Notes: generated by a model not told the origin, from the sequence alone. DNA of 64,000 nt from Nitrosopumilus sp. (GCA_965223425.1 OZ245003.1:1760001-1824000), one strand, 5' to 3'; positions 41,224 to 56,951 are shown, counted from the first letter of the stretch. Numbers and translations: made by a program.

Positions 41224-42365
41224 TAGTTAGCACATTAAATAATTGAACATTTTCACAGGCAGGATCTCCTTTCTGGCAAACAGCTTGCGTACTGACTGCT
41301 CCATCTCATCTAGCGTGCCAAACACCTTTGCAGACAGTACCCGTTTTATCACCCTCCACTGCATCTCAATGGGATTAAGCTCCGGCGTGTACGGCAGCAG
41401 GTACTCCAGAACTATCTCGCCGTTGTATCTTTCCAGAAACTCCTTTACCTTTTTGGATTTGTGATATGACGCATTGTCTACAAACAGCAGCACCTTGCCG
41501 AATCTTTTGTGAACCCGTTCCAAAAAGTTGCAAAAGCTGTCGCTGTTTGACTTTTCATAAAACATAAAGTAAAACGCGCTTGCCGCCAAGGCTCCAAAGA
41601 TGTATCTTCTTTCGCGTGACAAAACAGAGGGGGATGTGGCGCGCTTGCCGCGCCTTCTCCACCCGTAGCCGGGCCTGTTTGATGCCTTTTGAATCGAGGA
41701 TGCATCGCCGGCCAGTACGGTGTATCCCTGCGCCGACTTTTCTGCAACGAGTTTTTTTGCCCGCTCCTGAAACTCTTTTTGCTTTCTTTTTGAGGCTGAT
41801 CTTGGGTTTTTTGGACGCGCCTTGCTCCACGAAAAGCCCATCTCCCTGACCAGCTGCAGCGCGCCTGTCTTGCTGTACTGCACGCCGAACTTTTTCTTGA
41901 TGTGCAGCCTTGCGAGGTTGGAATCCCACAGGCTGCTCTCAAAGCCGCATGATTCTGGCCCCGCATCCAGGTCTGCTGCAAGCTGTCTTGCCTGCGGCCC
42001 GCCTATCAGGTGCTTTCGTCCCCTGCCGCTGCGCTCGAACCTTGCGCGTATTCCCTCGTCCTGTGCGCGGTTGAGCCATGCAGATATGGTGGACTTGGGC
42101 CTTCCCAGCATCCTTCCAATCCTGTCTAGCGGCACGCCGTCCTTGCGCTGCATGTACGCAAGCAGCCTGTCGCGCCTTCTGGGATCGGTCTCTTTTTTGT
42201 ATGCCCTTTTGAGGTCTGCAACGCTGGTGTTTGGCAGAAATTTTGCCCCCCTTGCAACCTGTCTCTTTTTTTGTTTGTACATGCAGTGTGTGCGGTATGG
42301 CCTGTCTTGGATCTTTTGGCCAAAAATAATTGTCAAAATGGTTCAGGTTTTTTATGTACTTACTA
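41224..42365 (-). mobile_element. IS630-family element, 1142 bp, TG duplication
   Basis: Imperfect TIR TAGTTAGCACATTAAATAATTGAAC / TAGTAAGTACATAAAAAACCTGAAC; TG on both flanks. Confidence 0.88.
41227..42336 (-). CDS. IS630-family transposase, single intact ORF
   Basis: HTH, LAGDAS, FVDNASYHKS, PYTPELNPIE. Confidence 0.92.
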   Translation of the reverse strand: MTIIFGQKIQDRPYRTHCMYKQKKRQVARGAKFLPNTSVADLKRAYKKETDPRRRDRLLAYMQRKDGVPLDRIGRMLGRPKSTISAWLNRAQDEGIRARFERSGRGRKHLIGGPQARQLAADLDAGPESCGFESSLWDSNLARLHIKKKFGVQYSKTGALQLVREMGFSWSKARPKNPRSASKRKQKEFQERAKKLVAEKSAQGYTVLAGDASSIQKASNRPGYGWRRRGKRATSPSVLSRERRYIFGALAASAFYFMFYEKSNSDSFCNFLERVHKRFGKVLLFVDNASYHKSKKVKEFLERYNGEIVLEYLLPYTPELNPIEMQWRVIKRVLSAKVFGTLDEMEQSVRKLFARKEILPVKMFNYLMC

Positions 42366-42984
42366 TGGTATGCTTCAACCTCACACAGAATCTTAATGTC
42401 CATAGGTTTTTTCCTAACGGTATTTTTCAACTTGGGCTCGTTTTGTAATTTTTGACAGGTTAAAGAATTTATTGGCTCAGAAAACACCTTATATTCCCTC
42501 AATTTTGTGTGAAAATTAAATTTAATTCTTGAGAGATTTTTATTAAATTCTACCATGACATCTAACACAAAATCATTTGTTTCTCGGGGGTTTTTACTAC
42601 GATAGTTTTCAGTGAGAAATCTAACAAGAACCGATTCCATATTGTTAATGATTTCAGCTTCAGTTGATCTTACTGGATATGTCTTTTGCTTCAAGAAAAA
42701 AGATTCAATAAAAGACAAATCAGACAATTCAACTGTTTGTTTCTCTGCTTTGAAGATACGAAATTCTGTAATGAAGTCTTTAGATGTCTGTTCTATGAAT
42801 GAGATCACCTTTGCAAGCCTGTTCTCCACCTCGCACTTTACCGTTTCAGGCATACATTTTTCAAATGAAAAAATCTTTTGAAACCCGTCTATGGCACCAG
42901 AACGTGATGATTGAGCCTCGTTTCCAAACACTTCTGCTAGAAAAATGGACGAATCAACACAAACCGCAATATTGTCTGCTTTAG

Positions 42985-43911
42985 TCATGTTTCAAGGATT
43001 ATTTGATTTAATTTTTCTTCAAAATCCTTAAAAGATTCAGACTTGGAAGAATTCAAAACAATATCCTCACTCAGATATTTTTTATCTAGAAAATTTGTTA
43101 ATTCAAAAAGGTTCTTTCTAAATATGTTTAAATGGATTCTAAATTTTTCTTCAGAGCTACTTTCAAGAGTAAGAGGTATGGATCTGAACAAGTCTTTCAT
43201 TTCTGTTGCACTGTTGGATTTTAGATAGAATCCAAGTGTAAGTTCGGAACGCGATGTTTTTGTAAGTATTTCTGAAAGATTCTTATGCTGTCTTTCATAC
43301 TTTGATAATTCATTTTTTATTTTTATATTATTTGCCCTTACTAGATATAATCTGTTTTGTAGTTTGGTCAGGTCGCTTGCAAGAGATCTCATCACGGATA
43401 TTTTCTCTATGTATGAAAGATTGTACAGACTATACAATTCCAATGGCAAATTAGAATCTAAAAACTCCGCCATGGATTTTCTGTGCCATTCATCATATGA
43501 GGTTTTAAGCACTAATGATAATTTAGACAAGGAATCGATCATCAAGCTAAATTGTTCGTGTGGATCGTCTGGAAAATTGGTTTTAAAAGTGTCAAGCACC
43601 TCTTGGATTTTGACATATTCGTTTAAGAATTCTGAAAAATACTTTTTCCACAATGCTAGATATGCATCTGTGGTAAACCAGTTTGCTCTGAAAGAAATTT
43701 GATTTGCAACAGATTCTATCTCATTTGATATTATTTTCTCCAGATCTGGTTGTTTGTCAGGGGTCAGATCAATGACGGTTCTTTTCTGATAATGCTTTGA
43801 GGCCATTTTTTTCTTAAGACTTGGCTGGAAATATTGCAATACATACAAAACAGCTGATTTTGTAAAATTATGCTTGTCATAATTCTGGAAATCGGCAGTT
43901 AACGCTTGCAA
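42985..43911 (-). CDS. Hypothetical helical protein coupled to the PIN gene
   Basis: 308-aa AT-rich ORF with a 4-bp overlap onto 42988. Confidence 0.7.
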   Translation of the reverse strand: MQALTADFQNYDKHNFTKSAVLYVLQYFQPSLKKKMASKHYQKRTVIDLTPDKQPDLEKIISNEIESVANQISFRANWFTTDAYLALWKKYFSEFLNEYVKIQEVLDTFKTNFPDDPHEQFSLMIDSLSKLSLVLKTSYDEWHRKSMAEFLDSNLPLELYSLYNLSYIEKISVMRSLASDLTKLQNRLYLVRANNIKIKNELSKYERQHKNLSEILTKTSRSELTLGFYLKSNSATEMKDLFRSIPLTLESSSEEKFRIHLNIFRKNLFELTNFLDKKYLSEDIVLNSSKSESFKDFEEKLNQIILET

Positions 43912-44992
43912 TTAAACCACTTGATTTACTGTGCAAGATTCCTTGCATATAATATCTTCTATATGGGGTGCCCTAGAAATCATCAAGATTTCACCTCCTT
44001 GTAGATCATGCCAGACCTCATGGAACAATCAGATTGGTACCAGAATCCCTTTCGGTAGATATCAAGGTACGAGTTCACGTCCCCTTACAAATAGGCGCGA
44101 ATTTTACGGAATTTGTGTTGTTTACGCAGAGTAGGTGAACTCATATCCATGTGCCATCCTTATAAGAATTCCCAACATTTTTCATCCTGACAGGTACGGC
44201 ACAAGCTAGGATTATTTCCAGACCGCAAAGGCCCAAGACAACAAAGAGGCGAACAGTTATCCATCCGAGGCAATCACAGAGGCAATCCCTCAGTATCATT
44301 CTCCATTCTTTTATCAGGGTATAATGCAATTACAAGGCGAGGCATACAGACTACTAGGTCTGTCCCTCAACGAGTTCATCGCAATTGGCATCCTGACTGT
44401 AATTTGTAACAAACGCCCTTCTCTCCTTGAGCATGCGGTAAATGACTCGCAGCAGCTTTGAGGCAGCAGCCACTGATGCACGTCCCTTGCCCCTCCTCTT
44501 TGCAAGCCTCTTGTAGAATATCGAAATGTCAGACTCTGGCGCATACCTTACATGCGACAAGACGCACTCTGTCAGAACCCACCTGCATATGCTGCTTCCA
44601 TGGTGCGTTATGTGTCCATAGTGCACGGACTCGCCGGAGGATCTCACAGACGGAACAACGCCGACATAAGAGCACAGCTTGTGCGAGTTGACGAACCTTC
44701 CTATGCCGTCTATTGTACATGCAATGACCAGTGCAGAGTATGCCCCGACACCCGGAACGGTCTGCAGCAGAGTTGCATCCTCGTTCTCCTTTGCTGCCTG
44801 GCGCACCCTTGCATCTGACTGGAGTATCTTGTCGTTTATGCTGTTTATCGTGTCCAGGTACGAGTCTATCCTATAGTCGCTTATCTTTCGAACCTGCGCA
44901 ATCCATGGCCCGCAAAACGGCTTGCCGTCAGGCCGAATCGATCTCTGCAGCAGTATGCCGTGTATGGAGTTCTTCAGTCCTGTCCTGTGGCG

Positions 44993-46122
44993 TAGTGAAT
45001 TGGATTAACAATCGGTCACAAAACAGACAACATTGTTTTATCACAAGATCTAGATCCCAGTGTATGGCAGAATCCGCATGAAATACAACAATTCTGCAAT
45101 ACCGGCAGACAGAAGGTTCCTGTCCGGCGTCTCCAGTGCGCGCCTGCGCAGCATGCAAAAAAAGGAGACAGATCCCAGGGCCGCAGCAAGACTGCTGGCA
45201 TATGCCATGCGCAAGGAGGGCATGTCCATACGCCGGATATGCATGGCCCTCAACAGGTCATATTCCACAGTACGGGGCTGGCTTGTGCGCGCCGCACAGC
45301 TTGGCACCTGCGGCAGGTACGACATCAAAAACAAAGGCGCGCCAAACAAGCTCGATCCGGAACAGACAAAGCAGCTGCGCGCAGACCTGCTGGCAGGCCC
45401 GCGCAGTTGCGGGTTCGAGTCCGGAGTGTGGACGGCACCGCTGCTGGCCGCACACATCAGAAAAAAGTTCGGCGTGCAGTATGCCACTGTCAGCATATAT
45501 GACATACTGCACAGGATGGGCTTTTCGTGCAGAAAGCCGCGTCCAAAGCACCCAAGTCAGCCTCAGAATCAGAGAAAAAAGAGTTTAAAAAAAAGCAGAG
45601 GAGATAATCCAGAGTCATCCAGACCATACGGTGATTACAGTTGATGAGGCCTCCTTTATCATTGGGTGGAATACCAAGAACGGGTGGTACCTCAAGGGCA
45701 AGCCCGTCACCACTCCAGTCAGCCTGTCGCGCAAAAGGTTCTACTCGTTTGGGGCGCTGTACGACGGCGGCTTTGACTGCAGGTTCTATGCCAAGGCCGA
45801 CAGCTACGGCTTTGTGGACATGCTCGGACACCTGCATCTCAAGCACGGCAAGATCATCGTCTTTCTTGATAACGCATCGTACCACAAGTCAAAGATGGTC
45901 AATGATTTTGTCGACTCGTATGACGGCGACATAGTCCCTGTTTACTTGCCCGTGTACACCCCGGAGCTGAATACCACGGAGGGGCAGTGGAGGCTGTTAA
46001 GAAGGGCCACTGCAAACGTGATGTATGAAAGCACAAAGGTGATGAAGGAATCCATATGGACAATGCTGGATAGACGTGAGGTCAAGATAACAAGAATGAG
46101 CGGTTATTTATCCTAGTCACTA
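44993..46122 (+). mobile_element. IS630-family element, 1130 bp, CG duplication, nested in IS110
   Basis: TIR TAGTGAATTGGATTAACAATCG / TAGTGACTAGGATAAATAACCG; CG on both flanks. Confidence 0.88.
45060..46116 (+). pseudogene. IS630 transposase in two ORFs (A8 slippery site near 45590 plus a probable 1-bp deletion near 45553)
   Basis: HTH ORF 45060-45644; DDE ORF 45631-46116 (VDEA, FLDNASYHKS, PELNTTE). Confidence 0.8.
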
Positions 46123-47046
46123 CGTACCAGGTTGTGCCGGTAATTCACCAGGTCCCTGTTGTTCATGTTCTGCAACGTGGGTACGTGGCACGATACTATG
46201 TATCCTCCCCTGTGCATGTCTGCCAGAATTCTGGCATCCACCTTGTCAGTCTTCTTTTTGGACTCTGCTATGAGCTTGGTGGTGTACGGGTTTGACAGCG
46301 ACACGTCCATGCTTAGCTCGTCTCTTATCTGAAAGAACGGCGCCTTCCAGACAGACGAGGATTCCATCACAAGCTTAGAGTCCTTGTGCAAACAGCCTAT
46401 GTTGTACCTGATGTCTTCGGCTGTGTTTGCTATCTCTTTGTTGAGCAGTTCCTCGCCGTTTTCATCCATGACTGACATCTGGATGGTCTTCTTGTGGACA
46501 TCCAGGCCGACAAAGACAGCTGACATGCATATCCTCGGATCTGGGGTTGTGTGTTTGTTTGCATTTCTGATCCTTGCAGTACCGGCTCTGTTTTCTGAAC
46601 CAGAACCACTCTTATCATCTGATTTCCTTGATCGGGGCACATAAGATTACATATCAAGCATCCCATCATTTATGTTGTGCCAGTCTCCCTTATGGCCAAC
46701 AGATCCATACTCATCAACAGATCCATAAAACCTCCTGTTGACATGGATACAGACACTGCGTTATCTTCAATGACAAAACAGGAGATATGCCTGGCTTACG
46801 CTAGGCTGACTAAAAATAAATCACCGTACAAGTCGTGTATATGTTCCACTTGATGAATTAAAAATGAATTCATCGTGCATAGTCTCTATGCCAGGCGTCA
46901 AACACAGACTGCTAGTCAGAAAGTAAATGGTTGAAACACCAAAAATAACGTGCCTAGGACAGATGAAAATTGGTAATGCGTTGAAAAACAAGGGCATAAC
47001 CGTATAATCGTATAATATTATATACTATAGTACCCTATATGGTACT

Positions 47047-47286
47047 ATGGAACCAATGACATCTATTCAAGTTTCTAAAAACTCAAAGGCTATCTGGAAT
47101 ACGTTGAAAAACCATCCTAGTGAATCTTTTGAGACCATGATTAACCGTATGGTAAATATACTAAATGAGGACGATTCTGAATTATTATCTAAAAAAGATG
47201 TTCTGGAAATGGAACAATCAGTTAATGATTTCAAAAATGGCCAATACATCACAAATGATGATCTCAAAAAGAAGTACGGTATATGA
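47047..47286 (+). CDS. Type II antitoxin-like protein
   Basis: TSIQVSKN...ESFETMINR...LKKKYGI; 4-bp overlap with the toxin gene. Confidence 0.75.
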   Translation: MEPMTSIQVSKNSKAIWNTLKNHPSESFETMINRMVNILNEDDSELLSKKDVLEMEQSVNDFKNGQYITNDDLKKKYGI

Positions 47287-47546
47287 AATGGACTGCAGTT
47301 TGGTCTGAAAAGGCAGAAAAAGGATTAACCAAACTTCCAAAGGAAGATGCAAAACGAATTATTCTAAAAACTAGCGACGTAGAAGAAGATCCATTTTCGT
47401 ATCTTGAACGTATGACCAATTCCCCATTTTACAAATTTAGAGTTGGAATGTGTAGAATAATAATAGTAGTAGTAGTAGATGTTGTAAATGACAAACTCAT
47501 ACTTCACATGGTTAAAGTGAAGGAAAGATCCAGAGTTTATAATTAA
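47283..47546 (+). CDS. relE: RelE/ParE-family toxin
   Basis: WSEKAEKGLTKL...YKFRVG..RII...KVKERSRVY. Confidence 0.85.
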   Translation: MKWTAVWSEKAEKGLTKLPKEDAKRIILKTSDVEEDPFSYLERMTNSPFYKFRVGMCRIIIVVVVDVVNDKLILHMVKVKERSRVYN

Positions 47547-48134
47547 TAATCTACAAATCAAATTATTTTGTAGTACGTCGTCTCAAGTTTGCCACCCATC
47601 ATTTGAAAATGCTAACTAATAATGCACCAACAGCTATTATTGGAATTAAAATATACTGTACAAAATTTTTAAAATTATTTTTAATATTTCTTTTTTTATG
47701 TAGATCTTTTTGATCTTTTACATGTCTTCATCCATATCAGTTATTGTGTACCTTCCGCTTGTTTCAGTTATTCTATTTCGAGTCACTAACATAGACATTA
47801 CTTTTATCAAAAGGATTTGATTGCCAATCTTCTACAGAAGATGCTAGACGGTATTTTTGCATCAACTCATCAAATTAAATCTGAGGATTTTTTTTTTGGA
47901 TTATATCCAAAATGGTTCCGACAGTATCAAGCCTCATGATTTTATTAAAAATATTATCTGAGTTTAAAAATGTACAGCATCCGCTAAGGGTGTTAAAAAT
48001 GAAATTACAGAATAGGAAATCCTATCCTGCAATTAGAATTGAAATCATCGTGTAATATGTGATCATCGTGCACTTCCTTGTGTTTTCATACCAAGTAAAT
48101 GGTCAAACACAAGGAAATCGCCTCTATGTAAGTG

Positions 48135-51130
<2,996 letters not shown>

Positions 51131-51273
51131 AGCCACATATTACACGACTATGCACGACGATCATTGCAAGTCTCCTGGCAGAGAACCTGCTACATCCTTC
51201 ATACACCACTTTCGTGATGCATTGCATCGATGATTCAATGTGAAGACTAGTGCATCCGTCACTTTCCTTGTCT

Positions 51274-52745
<1,472 letters not shown>

Positions 52746-52963
52746 CTGAATTATTTGATTTTTGATTATTGAAGTACATTTGTACTTTTATTGGAATTGA
52801 CGGATGCACATAATCTTCACATTTCAGATATTGATCACTTGATCAAATCCTCATTTTTGTATGCGTAACTGGAGGCCCATGAATCACAAAATGGCATAAT
52901 GCCATACTTCATCACAAGCGCCGCCTATTGCGTTACGTATGCAGAAGGTGAAGAAAGCAGAAT

Positions 52964-52974
52964 CCATATAAACC
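52964..52974 (-). promoter_or_regulatory. Candidate TATA box of the rRNA operon
   Basis: TTTATAT on the minus strand about 220 bp upstream of 16S. Confidence 0.4.
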
Positions 52975-53115
52975 ATGCGTGAAATTATGCCTGATCGGCA
53001 AAAAAGTTGAAAAAATTACAGGCTTTCAATTTAGGTCATTTTCAGGCACGAATTGGGATGATTTTTTGGGATTGAAAGAATTTGATAGTTAAAATTGTAG
53101 AGTTTGTTTTGAAAA

Positions 53116-54414
53116 TTGCTTTTGAGGAATTATATTTCAGAATACAAAAAGAAAACAAAGACATCTGCAAAGATATTTTCCAAGTCTTCAAAACTTCATG
53201 TCAATGGCGTTTCTCACAACATAAGATTTTATGAGCCATATCCATTTGTCGTAAAATCATCTGCAGGAAAAAATCTTGTTGATGTAGATAACAACAAGTA
53301 TGCGGATTACTGGATGGGTCATTGGTCTTTGATTTTAGGGCATGATCCAAGAAATGTCAAAGAATCTTTGAAAAAACAGATTGAGAAAGGCTGGATGTAT
53401 GGAACTGTAAATGAGCAGACAGTAAAACTATCAGAATTAATTTCAAAGGCAGTTCCAGTTGCTGAAAAAATTCGTTATGTTACATCAGGAACAGAAGCTA
53501 CAATGTATGCAGTAAGATTAGCCCGTTCTGTTACAGGTCGAAAAGTGATTGCAAAAATTGATGGGGGATGGCACGGATATACTTCGGATTTATTGAAGAG
53601 TGTGAATTGGCCATTCTCAGAGTCAGAAAGTAGTGGAGTAATCAATGAAGAAAAAATTGTCTCAATCCCTTACAATGATTTGGAGGAGTCCTTGGAAATC
53701 CTAAAAAAACATGCAAAGAATCTGGCAGGCGTAATTGTCGAACCTGTGTTAGGCGGAGGAGGGTGCATTCCGGCCACCAGAGAATATCTTAAAGGAATTC
53801 AAGAATTTGTCCACAAAAACAAATCTCTGTTTATCTTAGATGAAATAGTCACCGGCTTTAGATTCAGATATGGATGCCTCTATCCAACTATGAGACTTGA
53901 TCCTGATATTGTAACTTTAGGAAAAATTGTCGGGGGCGGAATGGCAATTGGGGTAATGTGCGGGAAAAAGGAGATCATGGAGTATGCCAACACCGCCGGA
54001 AGAAAAAAATCAGAACGCTCCTATGTTGGAGGCGGGACATTTTCTGCAAATCCAGCTTCGATGATATCAGGACATGCAGCACTAAGTCATCTTAAATCAA
54101 AAAAATCAGTATATTCAAAAATTAACTCACTTGGAGAACTTGCCAGAAAGGGGATTGGAAAGGCATTGGATGGAAGAGTTGCAGTAACTGGAAAAGGATC
54201 ACTGTTTATGACTCATTTTCTAAAAAAGGGCACAACTGAGATTACAAATTCTGCACAGGCTGCAAAATGTGATTCTGCGATGCTTAGAAAATATCACTTT
54301 AAGATGATTGCTCATGACGGAATCTTCTTTTTGCCAGGCAAATTGGGAGCAATTTCAGATGCCCATACCAAAGATGATGTCAAAAAGATGGTTAGAGCAT
54401 CTGAAAATTTTTAG
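53116..54414 (+). CDS. hemL: Class III aminotransferase, glutamate-1-semialdehyde 2,1-aminomutase-like
   Basis: [50 protein letters not shown]. Confidence 0.85.
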   Translation: MLLRNYISEYKKKTKTSAKIFSKSSKLHVNGVSHNIRFYEPYPFVVKSSAGKNLVDVDNNKYADYWMGHWSLILGHDPRNVKESLKKQIEKGWMYGTVNEQTVKLSELISKAVPVAEKIRYVTSGTEATMYAVRLARSVTGRKVIAKIDGGWHGYTSDLLKSVNWPFSESESSGVINEEKIVSIPYNDLEESLEILKKHAKNLAGVIVEPVLGGGGCIPATREYLKGIQEFVHKNKSLFILDEIVTGFRFRYGCLYPTMRLDPDIVTLGKIVGGGMAIGVMCGKKEIMEYANTAGRKKSERSYVGGGTFSANPASMISGHAALSHLKSKKSVYSKINSLGELARKGIGKALDGRVAVTGKGSLFMTHFLKKGTTEITNSAQAAKCDSAMLRKYHFKMIAHDGIFFLPGKLGAISDAHTKDDVKKMVRASENF

Positions 54415-54417
54415 AAA

Positions 54418-54783
54418 TTATAAACCGCTTGGAAATGCGGTATTTTTCCAAATAGTTAGTTGATTAAAGACATCCACGTAATTTTCAGATTTTATGGTGA
54501 CATGGACATGGGCAAAAAGATCTCCAAATCGGGCCTCAAATATCAAGGTACACTCTTTTTTAAAAAAAGGAACGGTGATTCCAACTTTTTTCAGGGAAGT
54601 GAATTTGAAATTTTCAATTTGGATGATGTTGTCTTTGATTGTGACTTGTTTTTTTGCAGGATTCTTGTTGACAGAGTCATCTAACTCTTTTTGAACAGAG
54701 TCATTCCAAACAGGACTGTCTTGAGGCCATCTGTGTACATGAATTTTATCACAAAAATATTGAATCTCAGAGGCAGACAACAA
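54418..54783 (-). CDS. Conserved hypothetical protein
   Basis: 121-aa ORF with host-like codon usage. Confidence 0.65.
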   Translation of the reverse strand: MLSASEIQYFCDKIHVHRWPQDSPVWNDSVQKELDDSVNKNPAKKQVTIKDNIIQIENFKFTSLKKVGITVPFFKKECTLIFEARFGDLFAHVHVTIKSENYVDVFNQLTIWKNTAFPSGL

Positions 54784-54850
54784 TCAAATTCATTTCTATT
54801 TCAAATTAAGCGTATCTTAATACATTGACGCGCCAAAAATTGAGGACTAA

Positions 54851-55057
54851 CTAGGACATTGTTCTGAGTTGTTTCTCAGTATCTCTGATAAAATCCTCAT
54901 ATTTTATAATCATGGTAGTAAGGCGAAATGCGTTGATTTGATCTTCATTATTTTTTGATCCCAAGAAGGGCTTTCTTTGTTCCATCAATCTTTGCTGTTC
55001 TTCTGTTGCTTTGAGAATATCGTTTCTAAGATCTTGGCTTGTTGCCATGCACACCAT
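54851..55057 (-). CDS. Small conserved helical protein
   Basis: MATSQDLRNDILKA... 68-aa ORF. Confidence 0.65.
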   Translation of the reverse strand: MVCMATSQDLRNDILKATEEQQRLMEQRKPFLGSKNNEDQINAFRLTTMIIKYEDFIRDTEKQLRTMS

Positions 55058-55188
55058 ATGTGAGTTTTAGATTTAAGAATTTCATTTGGTTTTAAAAGAT
55101 TGCAACTGTTTAATTTTTTTAAAATTAATTTACAAATATAAAGAAAACATTACCAGAATTTAAAATATAGATTTGCAGTAACTGAGCA

Positions 55189-55707
55189 ATGCCAAAAGCC
55201 TATGTCTTAATCAGCGGAAAATTAGGATTGGAGAATGAGATAATATCTAAATTAAAAACAATTGAAAACGTGGTTGATGCTCATGGAACACTTGGCACAT
55301 TTGATTTTATATCCAAAGTAGAAGCAGACTCTGAAGAGCAAGTCAATCAAACCATCTTGGAGAAGATTCGCAAGATGGATAATGTTAGTGCCACTATCAC
55401 ACTGACAGTCGTTGAAGATACAGATTTTTTCGTAGTGGATTCAAACAAGCTTACTGGTTCAATTTTGGGAGGGATTGGCGCACAAGCTTATGTGGTGTTT
55501 CATACAGATCGCGGAAAAGAAATTCTAGTCGCAAAAAATTTCAATAAAATTCCTGAAGTCAAAGAAGTAGATGTCGTGCTAGGATACTATGATGTGATAG
55601 GAAAAATCGAGACATCCAGTCACAAGGAACTTGAAAAGATAGTTACAAAAGACGTTAGAAAAATAGGAAATGTTCAGAGTTCGATGACTCTAATGGTTAA
55701 TGTGTAA
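55189..55707 (+). CDS. Tandem Lrp/AsnC ligand-binding (RAM) domain protein
   Basis: Two repeats of AYV....G.E...G.Y/FD...IRK..NV...TL. Confidence 0.88.
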   Translation: MPKAYVLISGKLGLENEIISKLKTIENVVDAHGTLGTFDFISKVEADSEEQVNQTILEKIRKMDNVSATITLTVVEDTDFFVVDSNKLTGSILGGIGAQAYVVFHTDRGKEILVAKNFNKIPEVKEVDVVLGYYDVIGKIETSSHKELEKIVTKDVRKIGNVQSSMTLMVNV

Positions 55708-56298
55708 AATAGTGAATGGTCAAGTAAAGGCCAATATTTTGCCCCTTGCAACTCTATCTAGAAATTTCTGTCTTTTTCTCTATCTTCCATCTTTTTAGAC
55801 ATGGTTGAATATGATAACTATTTGATAGAATGCAGTTAGGGCAAATTCTGAAAAAATGTCTAAAATTGATCAAAAGAATAAACATCTTTAAAGAAATAAT
55901 TTTTCAGATTTAATTTCATTATATCTTACAATACTATATGAAAGAAGAGGCTCTCTGTAGAAACCATCTGGTTTTGAACGTTAATCAAAAGACTCGGATA
56001 TTTGATTGACATACTTGAAATGGATGTGCCTTCTTCTTTGTATGATCAAATGCGCGACTTGACTGGTTCGAGACGCTCCGTGATGATCATCATTTGACAA
56101 AAAATAAAAAACCCAATTTAAAGTGGGAGTCATTTGTAAACACATCAACAGAGCCTCCTTGAGGCAAAATCTACAACATAGGTGATTTGAAATTCTTACC
56201 AACGAGCAGATACGATGTTTGAAAACTATCCTTGTTAAGAAGTGGCTTTTTCTCCCAGTTCCACCACTATTTCTTTGGTTTGTTTTTTGGTGAGCAAT

Positions 56299-56565
56299 CT
56301 ATTCCTCCAGATATTCCTGAATTTTATCAACCATCTTTGGGTTGAGACTTGCCTCTAATCCATATCCTGTAGGTTTTGATAGAATTAGATTCTCTTTGAT
56401 CAAGACTTCTCCCATCTTGTCTACTTTTTTGGAACCCTGTTTTCCTGTGTCCCTTTGGGTGAACCCTTTCTTGAGATTCTCAAACGAGGTATGGCTACCA
56501 CCCCAGTTTCCACGTCTGTGTAGTTTTCGTATGATCCTCCCCTTGATTTCTTCATCAGTTAGCAT
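56299..56565 (-). CDS. Small basic archaeal hypothetical protein (wHTH-like)
   Basis: RKLHRRGNWGGSHT...LIKENLILSKPTGYG..SLNP. Confidence 0.65.
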   Translation of the reverse strand: MLTDEEIKGRIIRKLHRRGNWGGSHTSFENLKKGFTQRDTGKQGSKKVDKMGEVLIKENLILSKPTGYGLEASLNPKMVDKIQEYLEE

Positions 56566-56627
56566 ATGTTTACTTAGAGTACCTTTGTTGGTTCACACTT
56601 AAATATATTTGAAGGAATGGTAATACT

Positions 56628-56951
56628 ATGGAAAATAGATCATTACTCCTACAGTACATGGGAGACACACCTAAACTCAGAATAATAGACTTTTTTCTGG
56701 ATAACAAAGAGAGTGACTATTCTAAAAAAGAGATCATAGAGTACACAGGCATCTCAAAGACTACACTATACAAGATTTGGGATGAGATTTTAAAATTCGA
56801 GTATCTAAAAACAACAAGAAAGTATGGCAAGGCCCAACTGTATGCGCTAAATCCAGATAGTATGCTTATCCAAAAGTTCAAGGATTTGGATAATGAGTTA
56901 GGCAGACAGGCCATGCAAAAGGCAATCGAAAACCCAATTCCTGCTCAGTAG
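56628..56951 (+). CDS. Winged-helix transcriptional regulator
   Basis: GDTPKLRIIDFFL...SKKEIIEYTGISKTTLY...TRKYGKAQLY. Confidence 0.8.
   Translation: MENRSLLLQYMGDTPKLRIIDFFLDNKESDYSKKEIIEYTGISKTTLYKIWDEILKFEYLKTTRKYGKAQLYALNPDSMLIQKFKDLDNELGRQAMQKAIENPIPAQ

Larger units (their letters stand above)
41068..42988 (-). pseudogene. PIN-domain protein gene interrupted by IS630
   Basis: Removing 41224-42365 and one TG restores 258 aa: VCVDSSIF...PMDIKILCEVEAYQKNSGKTCLFATTDNNDF. Confidence 0.8.
44354..46526 (-). pseudogene. IS110-family DEDD recombinase/transposase interrupted by IS630
   Basis: GLDVHK, VMESS, KTDKVDA, TVPGVG, VGVVPSVRSSG; removing 44993-46122 and one CG restores 346 aa (HNLVR|HRTGLKNSIH). 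Confidence 0.9.

Noticed and set aside
41939-42988. 349-aa ORF as a real PIN-transposase fusion
   Set aside because: The C-terminal part is out-of-frame read-through into the IS630 element
47560-47960. Possible gene in the AT-rich stretch before the rRNA operon
   Set aside because: No ORF of 60 aa or more in the track and no recognisable motif
51131-51273. tRNA in the 16S-23S spacer, or a 5S gene after 23S
   Set aside because: No cloverleaf or 5S motifs visible; absence is normal for this phylum
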